IMG/VR virus record: IMGVR_UViG_3300018915_000002
Direction: 5' to 3' (one strand)
Origin: a virus
Length of the DNA: 64,000 nucleotides
Shown here: positions 9,315-19,082 of the stretch, in pieces
Position numbering within the stretch: position 1 is the stretch's first letter
Layout of the letters: every line of letters starts with the position of its first letter
The notes under the pieces: model-generated
The model's input: only the letters and a program-made list of their open reading frames with translations
Told to the model about the DNA's origin: nothing
Databases searched by the model: none
Made by a program: the position numbers and the translations under genes

Positions 9315-9779
9315 TTAGTAGCGAGGTTTGTTAGGTGTACCAGAAATCTCCCTGACTGAGCGAAAAGGAGTTCCAGAAACGGCTCCCCCTCCACTATGGG
9401 TTCTTTGTTCTATTTCTAGGTGACAAGGCATCCATCCAGTTGATTTCCCGACGTAAAAACGACGGGTTTCTCCGTAGCAGTCTATGACCTCAACTAATTT
9501 ACCTTCAAGTCCAATGAGTTGAGGGGTTAATTCCGCAGGACAACGAGTCTTGGTCTTTTCAGAATACTCCTGACCTAACTTCATTAACCTTTGAAGTTCG
9601 TCATATCCGGCGAGTTGCCCCCAAATACTAGGATCAGGAATTGGTTCCCCAATCCATTGAGCAACAGCTTCTGCTTGTTTTCGAGCATTCTCAAAGCCTA
9701 GGCAAGAGAAACCTTCTCCGTGCCAAAACAAATAAAGCTTTTGCTCAGTATTGATTTTTGGTTGATTACATTTGGTCAT
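9315..9779 (-). CDS. Conserved phage-type hypothetical protein
   Basis: LTPQLIGLEG...GETRRFYVGKSTGWMPCHLEI segment resembles a family I recall from phage genomes; function unknown. Confidence 0.7.
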   Translation of the reverse strand: MTKCNQPKINTEQKLYLFWHGEGFSCLGFENARKQAEAVAQWIGEPIPDPSIWGQLAGYDELQRLMKLGQEYSEKTKTRCPAELTPQLIGLEGKLVEVIDCYGETRRFYVGKSTGWMPCHLEIEQRTHSGGGAVSGTPFRSVREISGTPNKPRY

Positions 9780-9941
9780 TATTTTGCTCCTTGATCATGT
9801 TTTGCTTTAGTAGCCTCTTCCATTATAACACCTTGATTTGACGTAGATTAAAGCAAAATCGCCCACCCTCTTAGAGGATGAGCGATCAATGGGGATGATA
9901 TTGGGTTACTAGATCAAGCCTTCAATAGCTGGTGGCAGTTG

Positions 9942-10478
9942 TCAGTCGATTTGTACGGGGGTGACATACCGCTCATTTAGTATCTCCTTTATCTGATCTC
10001 CGTAAGTTCGGAGTACATGACGCTTGCTAGCGGCTGAGTAGGGTTGATTAGCTGTTCTGTAACTCCCATATTCATCAGACTTCAGCGTGAAGGCTAAGTG
10101 CTTTTTGCACTTCTTCTTGATCGACAATTCCTCGATCAAATAATTGATGTATTCATCTACGCCAATCAGCTTTTCTATTGAATGTTTTTCACGAGTGAAA
10201 ATTCCGTCTTTGAGGTATTCCTCATAAAGGTCATTAAAGACCCCCTCTTTGATTAGCTTCTGGACATGATTGTGAAACAGATCTTCATGTTTGCGGTCAA
10301 CAATCCAGTGATAGTGGTGAGTCCCACCCGTACCAGAATTGCCAATAACTGCAACACGATTGCCATTGATATAAAGACTCGCTTCAAAACAAACGGTTTC
10401 ATCTCCTCCTGCTTCTCGGTAATTCTTTAATTCTACGGTCGTGATTTCGGTGATTTCGACACTTTTCTTGCTAGCCAT
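9942..10478 (-). CDS. Hypothetical phage-type protein
   Basis: 178 aa; promoter plus leader module upstream. Confidence 0.7.
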   Translation of the reverse strand: MASKKSVEITEITTVELKNYREAGGDETVCFEASLYINGNRVAVIGNSGTGGTHHYHWIVDRKHEDLFHNHVQKLIKEGVFNDLYEEYLKDGIFTREKHSIEKLIGVDEYINYLIEELSIKKKCKKHLAFTLKSDEYGSYRTANQPYSAASKRHVLRTYGDQIKEILNERYVTPVQID

Positions 10479-10592
10479 GATTTTGCTCCAAAGCTTTATA
10501 TACTTATTGTAACAAATTTGTAATACAAATAATTCAAATAGAAATCGCCCACCCTCTTAGAGGATGAGCGATCGCATTAATGAGAAAGAGAA

Positions 10593-11060
10593 CTAGGTTT
10601 CAGAAAAAGGAGATTCTACAATATCAAACTCTAAGTCTTCGAGCTTAAATATTGAGCCTTTCTCTTGGGTCATTGGAGCATACGCTTTCTCTTTAAAGAT
10701 TGCATACGCTTCTTCAATGGAATCAGCTTCTACGCCTAATCCCATAGCGTTGCTTCTCCTGTATCTCTGGCTTTTCGGGTAGACGGCATACACCTTCTTT
10801 GGAGGAATGCCGTTTGCCCAGCGGCGTAAAGTGTCAGAGTCTTCGTGGTAGCCGTGCCGATCATATTCGGTGGCCCACATCAAAAGGTCTTCAGCTTGGA
10901 TTTCGGTTACTCGCCAAGCGTATGCGTAGTAGACACTGCCACCAGTTTGTTGGAGGACAACAGTTCGTTTACCCTTCTCAATCGAAGGAAAATACATGGC
11001 TTTCATGGGACTGCACCCACATCCCATGTAAAACTTCCCTGCTTCTAGTTTTTCAACCAT
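10593..11060 (-). CDS. Hypothetical protein
   Basis: ORF track 10593..11120; likely start overlaps the stop of the upstream gene. Confidence 0.6.
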   Translation of the reverse strand: MVEKLEAGKFYMGCGCSPMKAMYFPSIEKGKRTVVLQQTGGSVYYAYAWRVTEIQAEDLLMWATEYDRHGYHEDSDTLRRWANGIPPKKVYAVYPKSQRYRRSNAMGLGVEADSIEEAYAIFKEKAYAPMTQEKGSIFKLEDLEFDIVESPFSET

Positions 11061-12009
11061 TAGAGTCATCCTCTTGGACAGGTTTAGCATCATGGACTTG
11101 CCAGCCCCCTTTGCTCCCAAATAGCCTTACGCCACGTCCCCACTCATAGTGGAAGAAGTAACGAACGCCGAGGGCGATGTACTCCCGTTGGTTGATTTTA
11201 TCGACTACTAGTGAAGCCTTTTCTTGCAGGTAAGCTTCTTCAAGTAGAGCGTGGGAAGGGGGATTATCTGGTTGTAGCCTTTCAACATAGTTCAAGGCTA
11301 CTTCTAAACCATCTTTCAATCCCTGACCATATCGGACAGGCTTTTCAAAGATGCTGGTCTTTGGATCGCAGTAAGCGATCTCCCATCCCTCTTTCGTACA
11401 CCAGATATGCCACTCACCTTTCTTCAGTTTGAAGTATTTTCCGGCGTTAACAGGAAGGATTTCAAATCCCAGTTCTGTTAGATAATGATCTAACGTTCGA
11501 CGGTTAAGTTGTCCTTCTTTGATAAACGGAGATAAGTCTATTCTTGGCTTGTTCAAGAGCATAATCTCAAAGTATCCGTCGTACCACTGAGACAGCAACT
11601 CTTCCGACAAATCGTCGGTTGTTGGAGCGCTGACTTCCTTGAGTGCCTCTTGTTTGCCGTAGGAAATCTGTGACAGTTGATACTCGACATGGGAGGCACC
11701 GAGCGCCACTCCAGGGCGCTCTGGATCGATTAGGATATGCCCTCCTGTTCCTTTTACCCACTCCCAGAGAACCCATTTTTTACCTACCTCCTTTTCTAAG
11801 CAGCAGGTTGCGGGAACCGTACCGGGATGCCCAAGTTGAAGTAGTTTCTCCTCAATAGGAACGTGAGCCGTTTTCTCAAACGAGTAAGACTGGCGACTAA
11901 CTACATTTTCTTGGTCTTCGTCCTCTCCGTAGCTCACTCGTTTTGCCCCCTGTTCGAGGACTACTTTGAAAGCTTCGTCGAGTCGATCAAATTCTTGGCT
12001 TTGTAGCAT
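11053..12009 (-). CDS. Hypothetical protein
   Basis: 318 aa; promoter at 12039-12047 plus AAGCAAAACC leader. Confidence 0.75.
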   Translation of the reverse strand: MLQSQEFDRLDEAFKVVLEQGAKRVSYGEDEDQENVVSRQSYSFEKTAHVPIEEKLLQLGHPGTVPATCCLEKEVGKKWVLWEWVKGTGGHILIDPERPGVALGASHVEYQLSQISYGKQEALKEVSAPTTDDLSEELLSQWYDGYFEIMLLNKPRIDLSPFIKEGQLNRRTLDHYLTELGFEILPVNAGKYFKLKKGEWHIWCTKEGWEIAYCDPKTSIFEKPVRYGQGLKDGLEVALNYVERLQPDNPPSHALLEEAYLQEKASLVVDKINQREYIALGVRYFFHYEWGRGVRLFGSKGGWQVHDAKPVQEDDSNG

Positions 12010-12100
12010 GGTTTTGCTTTTAATAAGTAATCTATTTCATTGTAACATTTTATACTTCAGGGCATTCTAAAACCTATAGCAACAAAGATGCCACCCCGGT

Positions 12101-12511
12101 TTGAAGATTATTTCAGATTTCTCTATATTTAGTTTGCCGTTACGTCTATTGTTTATGAAAAATGCAGAACTAGAGGAAAAAACGATTCCTATTTATAAAT
12201 TAACAATCCGATGGGGTGTAGGACACGATGCAGTTATTTTCCAAGAATTCTTCGACAACATCCCCCCCAATTCAGCAAAGCTAAGGGAATTGATTTATAT
12301 TCGGTCACAGATAATGGGAGGATCAGAAGTAGCAGAAAAAGTAGTATATTGCCTTGAGAATATTGTGGGGATTGATGTCATCATCAAGAAATTTCCTGAG
12401 AGTGGGGGAGCAACTCAGTTTTTGTGGCATGAACCTGAGACAGGGAATTTTCTAGGAAGTATTCAGTTAACAAAGCTGCTTGTCATTAAGACCAAAAGTT
12501 ATCAGGATTAA
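12101..12511 (+). CDS. Hypothetical protein
   Basis: 136-aa ORF ending at a bidirectional terminator; start uncertain. Confidence 0.5.
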   Translation: MKIISDFSIFSLPLRLLFMKNAELEEKTIPIYKLTIRWGVGHDAVIFQEFFDNIPPNSAKLRELIYIRSQIMGGSEVAEKVVYCLENIVGIDVIIKKFPESGGATQFLWHEPETGNFLGSIQLTKLLVIKTKSYQD

Positions 12512-12533
12512 AGTCCTAGCATTAGGCTCCATA

Positions 12534-12579
12534 AAAGCAAAAACGCCCACTCTCCATTGAGAATGAGCGTTTTTGCTTT
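12534..12579. terminator. Bidirectional intrinsic terminator
   Basis: aaagcaaaaacgcccactctc-cattga-gaatgagcgtttttgcttt stem with A/T tails on both sides. Confidence 0.8.
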
Positions 12580-13204
12580 CTTGCTAGTCCGACGAATATG
12601 TTCCCGTGCCTCAGTGGTGAGGCTCCAGGGTTTGATACCTGGAATCCACGAATTTAATTGCAAGTGTTTAAATTCTTAAAGGTTCGGTCTGGATTGCTTC
12701 CTGCCCTCGATCTAAAATTTGGAAGCCTTCTGTCATCGAGGGGAATCGGACTTGCTCTTTTACCTCCCTAGTAAGGCTGCAAACCTGAAGTGACGAATAA
12801 CCTGCCGACATCTTCCACTGCCCCTCACTTCTGGGACAGGTGCCGCACTCATCATCGCAAACGCAGTCTGCGAACGCCTACCATTACGCGACTTCTCGCT
12901 GTCTGGTTTCTAGGCTGACAGCAGCCCTATCGCTCTGTCGTCTAAATATTGTTAAATATCTGAAGTCTGTTTGAATTCGTACCCCTGCCGTAGGATGCGG
13001 CATTTAAGTTTTTCACGCTCTCAAGGGGCTTTCCCGCCTGATAGTACCCGACATTACTCGCTGGTGACGGTTTACGAGTGGACAACTCGACAATCTTCTG
13101 ACTTCACTTCCGCCAACTTTGGGGTTGATTCCCCTATGTCCAGTTGATGACCTGTGGATGTGCAACACAGGCTTACACGCGGAGTAGACTCTACATCGTT
13201 TGCT
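12580..13204 (-). ncRNA. Candidate large structured non-coding RNA (~620 nt)
   Basis: No ORF of 60 aa or more on either strand. Consensus promoter at 13211-13219 points into it and a terminator at 12534-12579 closes it. At least nine hairpins visible. Confidence 0.5.
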
Positions 13205-13453
13205 CTCTCAATTGTAACATATTATACATTAAGTATAATTTTGCAACCGTTTGTGTTGACGATCGGCGCGACAAACAACGCAAGGAACTCCTACTGCACT
13301 AAAAGTGCCATCCTTCTCAACCTGTATATGCCGTCGAACAGGATGGGCAGGGATACTGGCTTTTTCGTCAAATCTGCAATTGATTGCGTACTACAGATAA
13401 GCGGAGTGGCTTATTCAAAGTCCTATCCCTATATGTTATCACAAATGCACTCA

Positions 13454-13954
13454 CTAGAGCAAGTATTGGGCAGGCATCTCAGTAAAGTAAGGGAACGGTT
13501 CTCCATTGAGCGTGACGTTATCCCTGAACGTCTTCAAGCCCTGATCGTAGGCGGCTCCAGTGTATGCCCAGTAACCGAATGACAGGACGTTTATTGCCTG
13601 ACTAATATCGTCATCCGTCCCAAATCCAATATTGATTGTTATGTCATTTCTGTATATATTCTGGGGTTCCAGTTCAACCGCCAATGTCGAGATACCTATC
13701 TTGGCGGCTCGATTCCACTCTAGAATCTCCTGTCGAGCATGATACTGGAAGTACTTGGCTGTGCGGTCTGTTAGGGCGACGAAGAGCTTTGGAGCAAGAC
13801 CCATTGTTGGGTGAATTGGCGATCGCCCGTAATCGAGCAACAGCAGGTGCAATATTCGGCTTGCAACTACTGCGGCTGGGCGGCGAACAATATTCATCTG
13901 CCCTTGGGCGTTGTGGGGGCAAAACCATGTCCAATCGTTGCCAAGTGAACTCAC
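13454..13954 (-). CDS. Baseplate wedge protein, GPW/gp25-like
   Basis: SRILHLLLLDYGRSPIHPTMG resembles the gp25 signature (xSIxxILxTxxGERxxxPxFG); size is appropriate. Confidence 0.6.
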   Translation of the reverse strand: MSSLGNDWTWFCPHNAQGQMNIVRRPAAVVASRILHLLLLDYGRSPIHPTMGLAPKLFVALTDRTAKYFQYHARQEILEWNRAAKIGISTLAVELEPQNIYRNDITINIGFGTDDDISQAINVLSFGYWAYTGAAYDQGLKTFRDNVTLNGEPFPYFTEMPAQYLL

Positions 13955-14391
13955 TGATCCGCCTCCTGTGCGATCGCCTGGGTTACCAGTAGATCTCGCA
14001 CTCTAATCGCCATCTCCATCACTCGTCCTATGTTGCACCCAACCTTGATGTCAACGACCTCTTCTCCGGAGTAGGCGGTATCGTCCAGCAGATCGATAAG
14101 CTGATTCTGCTTTTCGAGGGCTTCTATAAACAACTGACTAGCTGCCGGAATTGGGAGGAACGGTGGTGGTGACGGGAAGATTAAAGGAGTCCAGTAGCGA
14201 TAGGTCTCCAAGGGTTCGTTCAATGTCAGCTCTGCTATATCCCATCTAGATTCGGCGATATCACCTTCTGGGGAGCGCTGCGTCAAGAGCGTTCGCACGA
14301 AAACAGCCTGACCAATATCGACACAGACAAAATACCAGCCACCACCGGATGGAGGTTCTTGATCTGTTCTTTTCCAATTGATAAAAGCCAT
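13951..14391 (-). CDS. Hypothetical protein
   Basis: 146 aa, translationally coupled to both neighbours. Confidence 0.65.
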   Translation of the reverse strand: MAFINWKRTDQEPPSGGGWYFVCVDIGQAVFVRTLLTQRSPEGDIAESRWDIAELTLNEPLETYRYWTPLIFPSPPPFLPIPAASQLFIEALEKQNQLIDLLDDTAYSGEEVVDIKVGCNIGRVMEMAIRVRDLLVTQAIAQEADQ

Positions 14392-14657
14392 TAAGGTTTC
14401 TTTTTCTTTCTAACTACTTTGAGTTTCGCTCCTTTGCCCTGGTTGCACGTTTTGCAGAGAGCTTGGAGGTTTTTGAGGATTGATTTTCCGCCTTTCGCTA
14501 CTGGGATGACGTGATCAATTTCTAAAATCACTTCACTCGCGGTACGACCGCAAGCCTCACAGCGGAAGTTTGCCCTTGCTAGCACGTCATAGCGAAGCCC
14601 TGGAGAGATAGGCTTGCGTTTGAGAGCAGGTCGCTTTTTCTTCGGTTTGGGTTGCAT
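14391..14657 (-). CDS. HNH endonuclease
   Basis: CEACG...LEIDHVIPVAKGG...NLQALCKTCNQGKG. Confidence 0.92.
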   Translation of the reverse strand: MQPKPKKKRPALKRKPISPGLRYDVLARANFRCEACGRTASEVILEIDHVIPVAKGGKSILKNLQALCKTCNQGKGAKLKVVRKKKKP

Positions 14658-14658
14658 C

Positions 14659-15024
14659 TCAATAGAAGTTTGCCTCTTGCACCCGTTTATATTTCTCTTC
14701 AGTGCTATGCCCGTCCCATGTCCCCTTGTAGGGAGGTAAGAAAGAAAACATCTCCAGCTCAGAGTCGTGAATATGCCATGAGGCTTGAACAGATAGGTCT
14801 GGACTCCCGTTTTTGCTTGGAAACTCTAAAAAGACAATGTTGCGCCAATCGTCCTCCCAAGTTGTGTCATTCTCGTCATGCTTCCCCAGTCCAGCCTTGT
14901 ACCCCAGAGATATAAGAACTTTTGCCAAAGGCACAAGCAACATATTCCGCTCTCGATAGACAGAGTCTTTTTGTTTGGCGAGTTCAGCAAGATTGTCCTG
15001 CAACTCTTCGACGGAAATCGTCAT
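14659..15024 (-). CDS. Conserved phage-type hypothetical protein
   Basis: YRERN...SWHIHDSE...WDGHSTEEKY pattern; function unknown. Confidence 0.7.
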   Translation of the reverse strand: MTISVEELQDNLAELAKQKDSVYRERNMLLVPLAKVLISLGYKAGLGKHDENDTTWEDDWRNIVFLEFPSKNGSPDLSVQASWHIHDSELEMFSFLPPYKGTWDGHSTEEKYKRVQEANFY

Positions 15025-15079
15025 TCTGTTAGTTCCATGCCATATTTGTTGTTGAGTTTATTTTACAAGGCATGAGCCG

Positions 15080-15652
15080 ATGATATTTTCCTTGGACGAT
15101 ATGCCGCCAGAAGATCTGGAAAAGCTCAAGGCAGCTTGTCTTGCGGCTGCTCGTCAGCCAACAATTGTCGTTGAACCCAAGATTAATTCGTTTGGCGCAT
15201 ACCAGTTGATCGAGGCTTTACGCGATCGCATTCAAACATCAAACGATCCAGCCCTAGCAGATCAGGCGTTCAGTCTCCTTGAGGAATTGGAGGCTAATTT
15301 TCGCGCCACGGAACTCCGTGAGGAGCAACTAGATTTAACCGATGAACAGGCGGTTCAGCGAACAAAAGATTCTCGGCGATTGGCGTACCTGGCTGCCGTC
15401 GAGATTTACGAGAAGCTGAGTCTTACTCGCCCTGGTGTTCGCTCCGATGAGAAGGCAATCTTCTTCACGCCTGCATATCTGAAGTGGGCGCTGACTCAGA
15501 TCTGCGTTTACGCTGGATATTGGGAAGAGGATAAGTTGCACCGCTGGCTTGGTTGGTGCCAAGCGATTAGCAACTGCTTGGGACTAACCACTATCAATGA
15601 GGAACGCGATCGCATCCGCACCCTCAAAGCAGAACTTAAAGAAAAATCATGA
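15080..15652 (+). CDS. Hypothetical protein
   Basis: 190 aa; carries a palindrome copy in its coding sequence (ATELR) at 15307. Confidence 0.7.
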   Translation: MIFSLDDMPPEDLEKLKAACLAAARQPTIVVEPKINSFGAYQLIEALRDRIQTSNDPALADQAFSLLEELEANFRATELREEQLDLTDEQAVQRTKDSRRLAYLAAVEIYEKLSLTRPGVRSDEKAIFFTPAYLKWALTQICVYAGYWEEDKLHRWLGWCQAISNCLGLTTINEERDRIRTLKAELKEKS

Positions 15653-16710
15653 TTGCCAGTCGTATTACTTCGGCTTCTCCCCTGCCCTATGAAGTCCTTG
15701 AGGTTGAGCAGTTGGGGCAAAACCTCCCACTAGGGATCTGGACACCCGATGGAGAGCGCCTGAGGGACTTTACCCTAGCGCGATTCATTGGGAGGCATGA
15801 ACTCATCCTGGGGGAGTTGGAAGATGCCAATCGCGATCGCCCAGACAAGTACAACCGCATCTTCACTCAGTTCCTGCCTGAGGTGCTATTGGAGATTGGG
15901 GGATACCCTCTAAGGGATTTGGCTGCATTGATGAATTTAAGTGTCAGCAAGCTCTTATCAAGCATGTATGTGGCAGATGTCCTTGCCATCCTGCTAAATA
16001 TCCGGGTAACCGGGATGACTCCCCTCGTTCCCCTAACTGGGGAATGCCCCTGTGAGGAGAAGTTTAAGATTCGCGGCGGTGAAAATACTCCGGCGCACGA
16101 CATGGCAACAGTAGAGATGCGGGTGTTACCTGACAGGGATTATTTGCCGATGCTCCGAGTGGAATTGGAGGATGGTATTCCACTGGGGGATGTGCGGATT
16201 GATGTGGTGCATCTGCATCCATATCGGTTTGGGCAGGTGCCAGAGGTTACAAATCCAGACACAGCGCTTGATTTAACCCTCCTAGGGGCACTGACAGAGC
16301 CACCTATTAAAGGGCAGTTGTACCGAGCGGCTTCCCCACGGGATATTAAAAAGATTATTTCTTGCCTTCCACGCATATTTTATGGTCCAGAGCGGACTGT
16401 GCCGATGGACTGCCCAAGGTGTGGATTTGAGTGGGCAATTCCTTTGCAGTATGGAAGGGGATATGAACATTTCTATTTCCCCTTACTTTCAGCACCAAGG
16501 GAAAGTGAAGAAGCAGGAAGTACAGCAGAGTATTTTAATAAAATTGCTAAGTTTCTGACGTTTGGTGAACAGGCACCTTTTAGTTCTTTACAAGAGGTTT
16601 TAAGTCTAACTCCTGATGCTCGGAATTGGTGGGTAAAAGACATCAGTGATACCTATGAACGGCAGCAGAAGGAGATGGAGAAGTCTCAGGCGCAGGCGAG
16701 GCGCAGATAA
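15649..16710 (+). CDS. Baseplate hub assembly / tail assembly chaperone-like protein (T4 gp26/gp51-like)
   Basis: Two chaperone-like repeats, each with Cys motifs (CPCEE; CPRCG), and a C-terminal segment EVLSLTPDARNWWVKDISDTYERQQKEMEK typical of tail/baseplate chaperones. Confidence 0.55.
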   Translation: MIASRITSASPLPYEVLEVEQLGQNLPLGIWTPDGERLRDFTLARFIGRHELILGELEDANRDRPDKYNRIFTQFLPEVLLEIGGYPLRDLAALMNLSVSKLLSSMYVADVLAILLNIRVTGMTPLVPLTGECPCEEKFKIRGGENTPAHDMATVEMRVLPDRDYLPMLRVELEDGIPLGDVRIDVVHLHPYRFGQVPEVTNPDTALDLTLLGALTEPPIKGQLYRAASPRDIKKIISCLPRIFYGPERTVPMDCPRCGFEWAIPLQYGRGYEHFYFPLLSAPRESEEAGSTAEYFNKIAKFLTFGEQAPFSSLQEVLSLTPDARNWWVKDISDTYERQQKEMEKSQAQARRR

Positions 16711-16771
16711 AACAAAACGCCCCAGATACTGTTAATTAAACAATATCTAGGGCGTTAATTAAATGGGGTTA

Positions 16772-17518
16772 CTAATCTTTGTCAGCTAGACCCCATACGG
16801 CACTCAAAAAGCATTTAAGACGGTATTCGTCGTCTCGGAGGTTGTCTATGATGTAGGCAACTGCTGCCGATGCTTTATAAATTGATAGTGCCGATATCTC
16901 ATTCAGAATCTCTTCGGATAACTCATTGAAACCTGGCTGATATTTCTTCTTGAGTTTATCACTCCATTGCTCAGCCATCTCTGCGACAGAAACTACATTC
17001 TTCTTGGATTCACCCCATTTCAGGGCTTGTCCCATCGCGGTCTTGACATCCGCATAGCTCGATTGACTTTTCCAGAGTTTTCCTTCTTCTCTGGTTTGTA
17101 AATGAAAGCGCTCATCGGTTTCTTTGACTACTCGAATTTCGGGTGTCGTCTTAGTCCTTGCGAGGTAAAGATAGCCGCCACTAATAAGACCTTGTAGCCT
17201 CATGATTGCGTTGTCTATTGTTGCCTTTATTCGCTCTCCTAGATCTTTCTCTTTGGTGCGAGGACTGGTGCTGTAAGGGACACTCCCGAACAGAGCGAAT
17301 CTCCCGACTTGGATGCATTCTGGTTCAGGAAAAGGAAGAACTATTCCTGGAACATAACTCCAATAAACATTCACCTCTCCTCCGTTGTCGTAGACTTCAA
17401 TATGACCGTATGGATGTAAGCAAAGTTGGGCAAATGCTGGAGTTAAGCGAATTAGATCTGCTCCTTCTCCCATTGCTTTGGAAACTTTACTCCAGTCAAA
17501 ATCAGAAAATCTTGTCAT
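16772..17518 (-). CDS. Hypothetical protein
   Basis: 248-aa ORF followed by a terminator at ~16711-16757. Confidence 0.7.
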   Translation of the reverse strand: MTRFSDFDWSKVSKAMGEGADLIRLTPAFAQLCLHPYGHIEVYDNGGEVNVYWSYVPGIVLPFPEPECIQVGRFALFGSVPYSTSPRTKEKDLGERIKATIDNAIMRLQGLISGGYLYLARTKTTPEIRVVKETDERFHLQTREEGKLWKSQSSYADVKTAMGQALKWGESKKNVVSVAEMAEQWSDKLKKKYQPGFNELSEEILNEISALSIYKASAAVAYIIDNLRDDEYRLKCFLSAVWGLADKD

Positions 17519-17593
17519 TGTTTTGCTTACCTAAAATAAAAGAGAGGATAGAAAACTATCCTCTCTAATTATAACGAATTGGGTAATTTGTTG

Positions 17594-18031
17594 TCACAAA
17601 ACCCAGGTTTCTGCGTCGTTTCGTCCCACAGTTCGTCGGACGAATTTATTCATCCGAGCAATATGTTTCCTTCTTAAGGTGGTAAACGGATTAAGTGCGA
17701 TCGCAAACCAGTGATTGGCTGAAGTTGTTGCCTCATACTGTCTTCCTTCGGTTGACCAAGCAACATGGGTATAAGTATCTCCATCTATTTCTGCCACAGA
17801 AATAATGTAGCCAGAGATATAGACTTTCCCTTCTTCTATTAGCAGATATTCTTCGTTTGGGAAATACACGAGAAGTCCACCAGAACCTCGCGAGAATTTT
17901 AGGCGATCAAGTTGAACTTGCCCCTTCCACTTCACTGAAGGATCTTTGATGTCGATAACGCACCGAAAATTTCTTTTTTGCCATTGAATACGACTTTGTT
18001 CGTCCAACATAGTTGCCTTGTAAGCTATCAA
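17594..18031 (-). CDS. Hypothetical protein
   Basis: 145-aa ORF. Confidence 0.6.
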   Translation of the reverse strand: MIAYKATMLDEQSRIQWQKRNFRCVIDIKDPSVKWKGQVQLDRLKFSRGSGGLLVYFPNEEYLLIEEGKVYISGYIISVAEIDGDTYTHVAWSTEGRQYEATTSANHWFAIALNPFTTLRRKHIARMNKFVRRTVGRNDAETWVL

Positions 18032-18129
18032 ATAGACTGAGGATCACTTGCTTATATCTAAAATCCCCTCGCCCAACAGAGGGAAAGGGGATAAGAGGTA
18101 CTCACCACGGACTTCCGTGGTGAGTGGAA

Positions 18130-19023
18130 TTACTCCGAATCAGGGAGTAGCGATCGCGCTACATTGGGCCAGTCAACGCACTGGATACCAGCTAGTACTA
18201 ACTGGGAATTTACATCGCGTGAATTCACAGAGTAGGGTAGCTTTTTGATGAACCAGTCGTGCAACTGATCTGCCAATGAGTCGATATCAGCCTTTTTTTC
18301 CAGGTGCTGCTTAATAAACCTCGCAACAACAGGAAGCTCTCCGGGTTCCATAAGGCGGAAGTCCGAAGGCAAGGCGTGAAACCCATTGGATTCGATAAAG
18401 TGAACAACAGTCCACGTTAGGGAGTTGGTATAGTATTCGTACATTACGCTGTCCCATTTGGGTTCGTGCAGCCAGTGTCCGACATCAAGTGCTTGGGCAA
18501 TTAAGATCCAGTCCACATATCCGAGTGTCTCCCGCAGAAAGTTATACCAGATGGTGTCGCGGGTTTCTGGGATTTTCTCGTCGAACCAGCTTTCTAGGGC
18601 ATCCGCAAGGTTAACGCGGTAACCCTGCCGTTCTTCTCTTTCTACTCCGGGAACTAGATGTTCCCGTTTAAAAGCAATTACATCCTTCAACAGCTTGTTG
18701 CGAGAGTCTGTGATCAGATCTTGCATCAAGCTGGTGATGCGCCTGGTCGAGTTAATTACGGCTTTGCTTTTCCAGGCGTACTCGAAGCGATCGCCTAGGA
18801 TGAAATTTAGATCAACCTTGTTGTAGTTTTGCTTTACCGTGAGGTTGACATCCAGTTGGTATGGGTCAGTACCGAAGTTGGTATCCAAGTCGCATGAGTT
18901 AGCGCCCGTATACCATGAGCCGTATTGATTTATTTCATAGTTATGGACAACGACTCGGTATCCATCCAGTGTTTGGGTGCCAGGAATGATGTCTTCCTTG
19001 ACAAATATGTTTTGTTTCTTCAT
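18130..19023 (-). CDS. Hypothetical protein with two internal VDW-ending helical repeats
   Basis: Start moved to 19023 (GGAGCAAAACC-ATG). Repeats ...WFDEKIP...YVDWILIAQAL and ...WFIKKLP...CVDWPNVARSL. Confidence 0.7.
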   Translation of the reverse strand: MKKQNIFVKEDIIPGTQTLDGYRVVVHNYEINQYGSWYTGANSCDLDTNFGTDPYQLDVNLTVKQNYNKVDLNFILGDRFEYAWKSKAVINSTRRITSLMQDLITDSRNKLLKDVIAFKREHLVPGVEREERQGYRVNLADALESWFDEKIPETRDTIWYNFLRETLGYVDWILIAQALDVGHWLHEPKWDSVMYEYYTNSLTWTVVHFIESNGFHALPSDFRLMEPGELPVVARFIKQHLEKKADIDSLADQLHDWFIKKLPYSVNSRDVNSQLVLAGIQCVDWPNVARSLLPDSE

Positions 19024-19082
19024 GGTTTTGCTCCTTAGGCTAAATGTAGTGTCCGCCACGGAGATCCGTGACGGACGAGGTA

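Larger units (their letters stand above)
9262..10575. terminator. Three near-identical hairpin/terminator modules aaatcgcccaccctct(a/t)agaggatgagcgatc
   Basis: Copies at 9262-9296, 9855-9887 and 10542-10575, each between consecutive minus-strand genes. Related hairpins at 12534, 33682 and 34729. Confidence 0.7.

Noticed and set aside
12580-13204. tRNA, tmRNA, RNase P RNA or group II intron as the identity of the ORF-free region
   Set aside because: I found no complete cloverleaf, no RNase P GAGGAAAGUCC core, no tmRNA ends and no group II domain V by eye. It is kept only as an unclassified ncRNA candidate.
13154-13992. Plus-strand ORFs 13154..13582 and 13636..13992
   Set aside because: They overlap the promoter region or are antisense to the gp25-like gene, have non-protein-like composition, and have no leader or SD.
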